This document shows positions 53,141 to 60,371 of a stretch of DNA of 60,371 bases, piece after piece (the first letter of the stretch is position 1; every line of letters starts with the position of its first letter). Under the pieces are notes generated by a model that worked only from the letters and a program-made list of their open reading frames with translations, was not told where the DNA came from and ran no database searches. Source of the stretch: a virus. Lineage: Duplodnaviria; Caudoviricetes. The position numbers and the translations under genes were made by a program. The stretch covers positions 1-60,371 of the IMG/VR virus record IMGVR_UViG_3300021086_000002, one strand, 5' to 3'.

Positions 53141-55057
53141 GTGGCAGCGTTCCGTCGCAAGAGCGTGATCGTGCCGCCGGCCGTGTCGCCAATGGGTCGG
53201 GCCGCCGGACTGGCCGTGCGGGAGCAGGGGTCGCTGGTCGCGGCGGCGGCGCAGATTCCGCTGGAGCCGGTTAAAACGGTCAACCTGCGTATTCGTGATG
53301 AAGAGTGGCAACAGGAAGCTTGGCGACATTACGATATCAACGGCGAGCTGCGCTTCGTGGCCAACCGTCACGCCGCCGCGCTGTCCCGCTGTCGGATCTA
53401 CGTTGCCCGGGTCGACAAGGCCACCGGCAAGCCCGGCAAGGAAGCCACCGACCCGCAGGTCCAGATTCTCTCCGAGACCATCTTCGGCGGCGTGACGGCC
53501 AAGGCCGAGGGGATGCGCATCATCGGCATCCAGCTCTACATCGCCGGTGAGGGGTACATCGTCGCGGAGGGAGCCAATAAGAGCGACGGTGACACCTGGT
53601 ACGTGGTCTCGGTCAAGGAGTTGAAGAAGGAGTCGGGCGGCATCCAGGTAAAGCGCCCGATGACCATCGGGGGCGGCTGGAAGCAGCTCGTCAAGGGCCA
53701 GGATCTGCTGATGCGGTGCTGGACACCGCACCCTCGGCTGTACGACGTGGCCGACTCCCCGACCCGGGCGGTACTGCCGATCCTGCGGGAGATCGAGCGG
53801 CTGACCATGCTCACCTTCTCGCAGATCGACAGCCGGCTGATCTCCGCTGGCCTCCTGCTGTTGCGTGAGGGCATCGACTTCCCGCACAAGGAAGGCCAGA
53901 CCCCGGAGCAGGCGCTGGCTGACACCATTGTGGAGGTGGCCCGCCGTCAGCTTACCGGCGCGGGGACGGCTGCTGGCCTGGTGCCGATCATCGCCACCGT
54001 GCCGACTGGCGTTGATGGGCGCTGGTCGGACGTGGCGAACTCCTTCGCCCACGTCAAGTTCGACACGCCGCTGACGGCCGAGCTGGAGAAGAAGCTCGAC
54101 CAGGCCATCCGGCGACTTGCCATGGGGCTGGAGATTGCACCGGAAGACCTCCTCGGCCAGGGTGACTCGAACCACTGGGCCGGCTGGCAGATCGAGGAGT
54201 CTTCGATCAAGCTGTTCATCGAGCCGGCTCTGGCCCGGGTGTGCGACTCGCTGAACCAGGCGTACCTGAAGCCAGCCCTGAAGTCGCTCGGGATCGACCC
54301 GGACGAGTACACGCTGTGGTACGACACGTCCGAACTGGTGGTCCGACCCAACCGCCAGGCAGACGCGATCGAGCTGTGGAACCTGGGCCAGCTCAGCGAC
54401 GATTCCTTGCGCAAGGCGGGCGCCTGGGACGACTCAGACAAGCCGAACAACAAGCAGGCTCAGCGCTGGATCGCGCTCCAGCTCGTCAAGCTCCAGCCCC
54501 AGCTCATCGGCGACCCCGTCATCGCCGATCTCCTCGGGATGCCGGCGGGCATCCAAGTTCCCGGCAGCCCCGGCCAGCAGCCCCCACCTGAGGCTGGCAT
54601 GCCGCCGGGCCAGGAGCTGCTTCCCGCTCAGGGGGCCGGCCAGCCCAATGCGCTGCCGACCATGCCCACCAAACAGCAGAGCCCAGCTCAGGACGGTCAG
54701 CAGTACGCCGCGCTGCTCGCCGGCTCAGAACAGGCGGTACTGCGGGCACTGGAGCTGGCCGGCGGTCGGCTCCTGGACCGACAGAACCGGGGCCGACTCG
54801 GTCTCTTCGCCAAGGCGGAGATCCACACGCAGGTGCGCGCCCGCGACCACGACCACGCGGCCGAGCTGATGGCCGGCGCCTGGACGCACATCCCCGCGCT
54901 GGCCCGACACTTCGGCGTGCACCCGGACGACCTTCAGGAGCTGCTCGGTGGCTACTGCGCGGAGCTGCTGATGCGCGGCCTGCCCCACGAGTCCGGATAC
55001 CTGGAGTACGCCCTCCAACGCTCAGGCGCCCTGCGCCCGGCGGTCGGTGTCGGATGA
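53141..55057 (+). CDS. Portal protein
   Basis: WQQEAW..YD..GELRF...WTPHPR...DSPTR...IRRLA.GL...NHW..WQI.E. Confidence 0.85.
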   Translation: MAAFRRKSVIVPPAVSPMGRAAGLAVREQGSLVAAAAQIPLEPVKTVNLRIRDEEWQQEAWRHYDINGELRFVANRHAAALSRCRIYVARVDKATGKPGKEATDPQVQILSETIFGGVTAKAEGMRIIGIQLYIAGEGYIVAEGANKSDGDTWYVVSVKELKKESGGIQVKRPMTIGGGWKQLVKGQDLLMRCWTPHPRLYDVADSPTRAVLPILREIERLTMLTFSQIDSRLISAGLLLLREGIDFPHKEGQTPEQALADTIVEVARRQLTGAGTAAGLVPIIATVPTGVDGRWSDVANSFAHVKFDTPLTAELEKKLDQAIRRLAMGLEIAPEDLLGQGDSNHWAGWQIEESSIKLFIEPALARVCDSLNQAYLKPALKSLGIDPDEYTLWYDTSELVVRPNRQADAIELWNLGQLSDDSLRKAGAWDDSDKPNNKQAQRWIALQLVKLQPQLIGDPVIADLLGMPAGIQVPGSPGQQPPPEAGMPPGQELLPAQGAGQPNALPTMPTKQQSPAQDGQQYAALLAGSEQAVLRALELAGGRLLDRQNRGRLGLFAKAEIHTQVRARDHDHAAELMAGAWTHIPALARHFGVHPDDLQELLGGYCAELLMRGLPHESGYLEYALQRSGALRPAVGVG

Positions 55058-55941
55058 CCCAGCCGCCACAGCAGCCGCCACCTCAGGGCGCTCCGGGGGG
55101 CGGCACCGCGCTGGCCGTGGCGGCGCTGGCCGCTGGTGCTCCGGATCCGTGGTTGCCACTGCGGTGGCGACACCTCGCGGCGGTGGTGCGGGCCGAGCGG
55201 GCGCTGCACACCGCGTACGCCGCCGTGCTGGGTAGCTGGCTGACCCGGGTGCGGTCTCGGGTGGTGCAGGGCAGCCGGGTGGACCCGAGCGCCCTGGCCG
55301 CGACGGTGCCAACGTTCTCCACAGGTGTGGACAACGTTGTGGATATCCAGGTTCGCGAGATCTTCGAGCGCGCTTTCGAGGCGGAGGCCGGCTTCGAGCC
55401 CAACGCTAACTTCCATGTAGAGCAGTACCTGACGACAGCGCGCAACCGTATGGCCAACACCCCCGACTCCGTCTACCACTTGATCCGCCAGAAGATCGCG
55501 GACGCGACCGCTCAGGGGATGCCCGTGGAAGAGTTGGCCCTGGCTGTCGACAAGGTGCTGGGCAACGAGGGCGTCGAGACCTGGGCCAACCGGGGCATGG
55601 TCGTTGCCCGTACCGAGACCATCGCCGCGTACAACGCGGGCACCTTCGCCGGCATGCAGTCGTTGGCCGGCCAGCTCGGCGGCGAGTGGGAGAAGGGCTG
55701 GCTGTCCACCCACGACAACAAGACCCGGCCTACTCACCAGGCGGCCGACATCGAGACCTCCGGTACCGGCCAGCGCGTGCCGCTCGGCGAGCCGTTCATC
55801 GTCGGCGGGTTCGCCGGCATGTACCCCGGCTCGCCCGAGCTGCCCCCGCAGGAGTGCGTTCAGTGTCGCTGCTCGCTGGTGCTGCTCCGGCCAGGGGAGA
55901 GGCCCAGCCTGGCTGATCGGCACATGAGGAAGTCGTCATGA
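55054..55941 (+). CDS. MuF-like minor head protein
   Basis: VARTET..AYN...KGWLSTHD.KTR.TH...PG.PELP..E..QCRC. Confidence 0.85.
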   Translation: MTQPPQQPPPQGAPGGGTALAVAALAAGAPDPWLPLRWRHLAAVVRAERALHTAYAAVLGSWLTRVRSRVVQGSRVDPSALAATVPTFSTGVDNVVDIQVREIFERAFEAEAGFEPNANFHVEQYLTTARNRMANTPDSVYHLIRQKIADATAQGMPVEELALAVDKVLGNEGVETWANRGMVVARTETIAAYNAGTFAGMQSLAGQLGGEWEKGWLSTHDNKTRPTHQAADIETSGTGQRVPLGEPFIVGGFAGMYPGSPELPPQECVQCRCSLVLLRPGERPSLADRHMRKSS

Positions 55942-57503
55942 CAGATCTCCAGGTGGATCTGTACGCGGCAGGCTGGTCCGCTCCGTCCAGCGCTGACCTC
56001 GATCCGTACGAGCCGGATCCACACGCCGGCTGCGCTGAGTTCTGCGTGGCCACTCACAAACCTGGCGTCTGCAAGGGCACGAAGCACGGTGGCCAGCAGG
56101 CCCAGACCGCCGTGGTCACTCCCCCAAAGCCCATCGCGCTACCCAAGACCGTGACGGTACCGAACGCGCCAACCGACCTGACTCCCCAGCAGGCCGCCGC
56201 CCAGCAGGCCCGGACCGTCAGCTACCAGCAGGCCCAGCTTCACGCTCAGCGGTTGGCCCAGCAGCTCGGCGGCTCCAACTGGAGGCAGGCTCACGGGGCA
56301 GTTCTGGACTACGGGCACGCCCTGCATCAGCATCAGCAGGCCCTCAACCACGCCGCCATGCTGAACAAGCAGGCTCACGCCGCGCATGACCGCGCGGTGG
56401 CCCAGAACGCCAATGCCCAGACGCGGTACGCGGCGGCCGTGGCTCGCCAGCGGGCCGCCGCCGCGACCAAGGCGACCAAGGCGACGGCCAGTACCCACCA
56501 GACCGCGAGACAGAAGCTGATGAACCAGCTCACCGCGCTCCAGCAGAAGGCCCATGCCGCCCAGAAGACGAAGCCCGTGGTGGCTAGCGGAGAGCCCGCG
56601 CTGTACGCGGTAGCGGCTGACATGGAGGCGCTGGCATATGGCCTCCTGGCCGGCGCGCATCTCTGGTGTGACATCGGTGCGTTCTGCCGCAATCCACTGC
56701 ACCCTGGACCCTGCAAGGGCTGGAAGCACACTCTGAAGCAGGTGGCTCCCGAACTGCACCGTCAGATGGAGGAGGCGCGGCAGAGCCGGCGCCCGGCACG
56801 TGTCGCGAAAGTTGAGCCGACTCCGGTTGTCCCCGTGGTCGAGGCGGTCAAGAAGGCGGCTCCCGTAAAGAGAGCACCACGAGTTGCACCAAGTCCCGAG
56901 AAGGCGAGACCGTCAGTCGCTCCCTGGAAGCCGCCGAAACCGATCAGTGCCGCACGTGCTACCGCGATGCAGAAAGAGATGCTTGGCGGGAAGACGTGGA
57001 CGCCTGACGAACTCGCCGCGCTGACGCGGTACTCATCGACGGACTTCGCTGACATCAATGGAGTTCTGCGCGGTAGCTTGCGCGTGGAGGACATTCCAGA
57101 AAAGGGGTTCGGCGGCGCAAGTGTGCAAGACACGATCCGCCATGCTGATGCCGCCATGCGTCCACTTCCCGAGGGAGTGCCGCTGTTGCGGCGGGTCGGG
57201 TTCGAGGCATTCGGGGTCGAGAACGCCGACGATCTGAGGGGATTGGTCGGACACACTCTCCAGGATCGCGGGTTCCTGTCCACGACGATCGTGCGCCGTG
57301 GACAGTTGGACAAGGCGGTGGCCGCTCAGCGTTCCGTGGTCATGGAGATCGACGCACCGGCCGGCACTCCGGCGGCCTACGTTGGGGACATCGCCATCTG
57401 GCGACAGCAAAAAGAGATGATCCTTGCTCCCGGTACCAAATACCAGGTGGTCGAGGTTGTCGACGGCGATGTGACCACCGTGCGAGTGAGGGTCGTGCCA
57501 TGA
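55938..57503 (+). CDS. Multidomain protein with C-terminal VIP2-like ADP-ribosyltransferase
   Basis: Y.....INGVLRG, LLRR, DRGFLSTT, QKEMIL..GT; internal FCRNPLHPGPC module. Confidence 0.8.
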   Translation: MTDLQVDLYAAGWSAPSSADLDPYEPDPHAGCAEFCVATHKPGVCKGTKHGGQQAQTAVVTPPKPIALPKTVTVPNAPTDLTPQQAAAQQARTVSYQQAQLHAQRLAQQLGGSNWRQAHGAVLDYGHALHQHQQALNHAAMLNKQAHAAHDRAVAQNANAQTRYAAAVARQRAAAATKATKATASTHQTARQKLMNQLTALQQKAHAAQKTKPVVASGEPALYAVAADMEALAYGLLAGAHLWCDIGAFCRNPLHPGPCKGWKHTLKQVAPELHRQMEEARQSRRPARVAKVEPTPVVPVVEAVKKAAPVKRAPRVAPSPEKARPSVAPWKPPKPISAARATAMQKEMLGGKTWTPDELAALTRYSSTDFADINGVLRGSLRVEDIPEKGFGGASVQDTIRHADAAMRPLPEGVPLLRRVGFEAFGVENADDLRGLVGHTLQDRGFLSTTIVRRGQLDKAVAAQRSVVMEIDAPAGTPAAYVGDIAIWRQQKEMILAPGTKYQVVEVVDGDVTTVRVRVVP

Positions 57504-59380
57504 CGAAACCGGACTCGCGGTCACCTGACCCGGTCACTGATCCGATCAACGATCCGACGTTCGCGGACGCTGCCGACGGGGACGCGTTCAATGACCCGAC
57601 CTATCGGAAGCTCCTGGGTCGAGCGACTGCCGCACCTCAGCCGGCCCGGACTGTTCCGGGTGCGAAGTTCATGGCGACCGCCCAGGAGCCGGCGTTGTAC
57701 GCGGTTGCGCTCGACACGGAGGCGTTGGTGTATGGCCTCGTCGCCGCCGTGCATGTTTGGTGTGACGTGGATACGTTCTGCCGCAACCCCTTGCATCCCG
57801 GGCCGTGCAAGGGCTGGAAGCACACTCTGAAGCAGGTGGCACCGGAGATTCATCGCCGGATCGAGGAGACGCGCCTGGAGCAGGTCCGGGTGCGGCGAGA
57901 GAAGGTGGCTACGGTGCCGAAGGTGCCGAAGGCCAGGTCGAAGGCTGCCGGGAAGGCTCCACTGGTCAAGTTGCGGCCCGAGACTATCGCACACGTCAAG
58001 GAGGTCTCGGCCTCGCTCCCGAAGACCCAGGACGAGTGGGCCTCCATGTGGCGCAAGCCAAAGCCCGGCAAGTTCGAACGCATGATCGACTACAGAGTCG
58101 GTCAGCTACAACAGGATCTCGACAAGCAGGACGCACTCCTGGAGCAAGGCAAACAACGTGTGGCCGAAGCGAAAGCCAAGGGCGTGGAATGGGCGAAGAG
58201 TCGCAACTACAAGCCCGGCACCAAGCAGTGGAACGACACGCTGTCGTCCTGGACTCATATGCATGAGCAGTTCATGAAGAACAGCGAGCAGGTGCGGCAG
58301 TCCAAGCTTGACGAGCTGGATCAGGCAAAGCGCTGGCAGGCTGACCCGGAGCTGTTGCGCAGGGAGAACAGCTCCACCAACGCCGACAACCTGCTGAACA
58401 GGCTTCCCGTGGAGTACGAATACACGTTCCCACGGGATGGCAACGACATCGTTGTTCCGCCAGCCGCGCTGAAGGCACACCACGAGCGCGTACAGTCCGC
58501 TGGGCGCATGCTCGGAGTGGATCTCGCGGATGCGGTGGCCAAGGACCCCGAGCTGACGAGGCTACGCGCCGAGTACGCAACCCACGAAAACACGTCATTG
58601 GTTGGTAAGACATATACAGAGCGGGACATGGCGTGGCTTGAGAGGCGGCGGGTTACCTATGAGATTCGTCGCCGCCAGCGTGAGATGACTCTGGATGCGC
58701 TGTCACAGGTGCGCGCCATGGGGGGTGCTTCTCACACCAAGGCACGGGCTCCGGAGGCTCACGAACTGCCGTCCCGGATCGTCGGCGACAAGCAGGTTGC
58801 GCGGGCCGATTGGCGCGAACAGCTCGCGGTGGGTGAGCAGCACTTCCCGAAGGACTGGATAGTCACCTCAGACACTCGTCCGCTCGACATCATATCGTCC
58901 GACCGCGCCTATCACGTTGACGCCGGGTTCACTTCGGGAGCAACCACTTTGGCCATGAACACGGAGAAGGGAAAGCCAACCGGGTACACCGGCGGATTCC
59001 AGACCGCTGTTCAGGAGATCACAGTCCATGAGATGGGTCATCGCATGGAGGACATGATTCCCGGCCTCAAGGCCCTGGAGTTTGCCTACGTCCGCAGCAA
59101 GACCACCAACAAGAAGGGCGTAGTCGAGAAGCAAGCGAAGCTGAGGGACGTTTCCGGTGGCGGGTATGCCGACTCCGAGGTGGCCTATCCGGACGATTTC
59201 ACGAATGCGTATACCGGGAAGACGTACGAGCGATTCAAGGAGCCCAACCCGGCGGAACGACCGTGGGAGGTGTTCCAGGTGGGACTTCAGCAGGTCTACG
59301 GCCAGGACACGCTGTTCGGGGACACTACCTTGAACGACTTCGTCCTGGGTACGCTGGCCACGCTGCACCAGGGAGGCTGA
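57500..59380 (+). CDS. Multidomain protein with C-terminal zincin-like metallopeptidase
   Basis: HEMGHRME...YTGK.Y...WEVFQVG; same FCRNPLHPGPC module. Confidence 0.7.
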   Translation: MTKPDSRSPDPVTDPINDPTFADAADGDAFNDPTYRKLLGRATAAPQPARTVPGAKFMATAQEPALYAVALDTEALVYGLVAAVHVWCDVDTFCRNPLHPGPCKGWKHTLKQVAPEIHRRIEETRLEQVRVRREKVATVPKVPKARSKAAGKAPLVKLRPETIAHVKEVSASLPKTQDEWASMWRKPKPGKFERMIDYRVGQLQQDLDKQDALLEQGKQRVAEAKAKGVEWAKSRNYKPGTKQWNDTLSSWTHMHEQFMKNSEQVRQSKLDELDQAKRWQADPELLRRENSSTNADNLLNRLPVEYEYTFPRDGNDIVVPPAALKAHHERVQSAGRMLGVDLADAVAKDPELTRLRAEYATHENTSLVGKTYTERDMAWLERRRVTYEIRRRQREMTLDALSQVRAMGGASHTKARAPEAHELPSRIVGDKQVARADWREQLAVGEQHFPKDWIVTSDTRPLDIISSDRAYHVDAGFTSGATTLAMNTEKGKPTGYTGGFQTAVQEITVHEMGHRMEDMIPGLKALEFAYVRSKTTNKKGVVEKQAKLRDVSGGGYADSEVAYPDDFTNAYTGKTYERFKEPNPAERPWEVFQVGLQQVYGQDTLFGDTTLNDFVLGTLATLHQGG

Positions 59381-59383
59381 AGG

Positions 59384-59665
59384 ATGGGCTGGGAAGTCAG
59401 GGGCGAGAGCGGATCGGTCACGTGGTCGGGTTCCACCTGGACCGCCGATCCGGTCGTGGAGGCGCGGATTCGCGTCGAGCTGGCCGACCATACCGGCGTG
59501 CTCGCCACTCCGACCGGTCCCACCTACGTGCCCTCCGGCGCCGGAGACGAGCTGGGGGTGTACCTGCTTGCGCGAGCGGTGATGCCGGATGCTCGGCTGG
59601 TCTCCGGCACTCCGCCGCACCGCACGCTGCCAGGCGCGAAGATCCCTGAGGACGCCGTCTCGTGA
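59384..59665 (+). CDS. Small hypothetical protein
   Basis: RBS GGAGG; ATPTGP motif; follows the peptidase gene. Confidence 0.6.
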   Translation: MGWEVRGESGSVTWSGSTWTADPVVEARIRVELADHTGVLATPTGPTYVPSGAGDELGVYLLARAVMPDARLVSGTPPHRTLPGAKIPEDAVS

Positions 59666-59679
59666 GCGAAGGAGGATCC

Positions 59680-60371
59680 ATGTCGGATCAAGACACACCA
59701 TGCACCGACTGCCCCGACGACGACTTCGCCACGGTGACCGCGACCGACGAGGCCGAGCCGAACACCGCACCGGACCCACGGGGCACCAAGCTGACCCGTT
59801 GGCGCGGATTGCTGGCGCCCATCGGGAAGCCCACCGGCGACGGCCGGCGGTTCTCCACCACGCCGGGCGCACTGACCCACCGGGATCTCCCGCAGCCGGT
59901 GAAGTGGCAGCGGACCGATGCCCAGGGGCACGCCACCTCGGTGGTGGTGGGCACCATGGACCGGATCCGGATTGGCAACGGGGACCACGGACTGGGCGTG
60001 TATGCCGAGGGGACTCTGTTCGACCCGGACCCAGAGCAGCTTCCCCGGCTGGCCGAAGACGTGGCGGAGGCCAAGCTGCTTCTGAGCCAGCGGGTCATCG
60101 GGCCATCCGTCGATCTGGACGCGATGGAGTTTCACGCCATGCCTGGCCAGGAGGGCGAGCTGGCCCAGGAGGGTAAGCGGCCTGACATCGAGGTGGACAA
60201 GGGTCGGATCTCGGCCGCCACCTTGGTGCCGATCCCCGCGTTCGCTGAGGCCCGCCCGTTTGAGCTGTACGAGGTGGACGCGGAGGAGTGGGCGGCCGAG
60301 CAGGCGCCCGCGCTGACGGCCAGCGTGCGCTCCGCCGGCTGGGCAGACGTGTCCGTGGCTGACCCCGATAC
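59680..60371 (+). CDS. Capsid maturation protease, N-terminal part (wraps to 1508)
   Basis: RBS AAGGAGG, ATG 59680; WRGLLAP.G.PTGDGR.F...GH..SVVVG...GPSVDLD...AATLV.IPAF.EA. Confidence 0.8.
   Translation, partial: MSDQDTPCTDCPDDDFATVTATDEAEPNTAPDPRGTKLTRWRGLLAPIGKPTGDGRRFSTTPGALTHRDLPQPVKWQRTDAQGHATSVVVGTMDRIRIGNGDHGLGVYAEGTLFDPDPEQLPRLAEDVAEAKLLLSQRVIGPSVDLDAMEFHAMPGQEGELAQEGKRPDIEVDKGRISAATLVPIPAFAEARPFELYEVDAEEWAAEQAPALTASVRSAGWADVSVADPD
60251..60371. repeat. Terminal direct repeat, copy 2
   Basis: Identical to 1-121. Confidence 0.95.

Overview
Apparently complete, circularly permuted, high-GC tailed actinobacteriophage genome of about 60,250 bp. Positions 1-121 are repeated at 60251-60371, and one ORF reads across that junction. 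Virion gene order resembles mycobacteriophage cluster B (Rosebush-like): terminase, DUF1360-like, portal, MuF, two effector-like proteins (ADP-ribosyltransferase and HEXXH metallopeptidase) sharing a Cys/His module, capsid protease, two capsid proteins, tail genes, endolysin and holins. The replication arm has an ERF recombinase, a RepA-like initiator and a helicase-loader-inhibitor-like gene; I recognised no integrase or DNA polymerase. The most striking element is a self-contained cassette between terminase and portal (51431-52750): a TATAAT promoter, 12 perfect GGY-NN pentamers, a stand-alone RAMP/Cas7-like gene, a winged-helix-like gene, 10 more GGY-NN pentamers and an 18-bp hairpin. It is a candidate non-CRISPR RNA-guided system whose information sits in the variable dinucleotides. 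Also notable are a ~650-nt ornate structured ncRNA with its own promoter (38251-38897), a ~215-nt structured ncRNA (5306-5520, minus strand) and a family of repeated promoters with TTGAC-N6-GTCAA operators. All functional calls come from motif recognition by eye; no searches were run.
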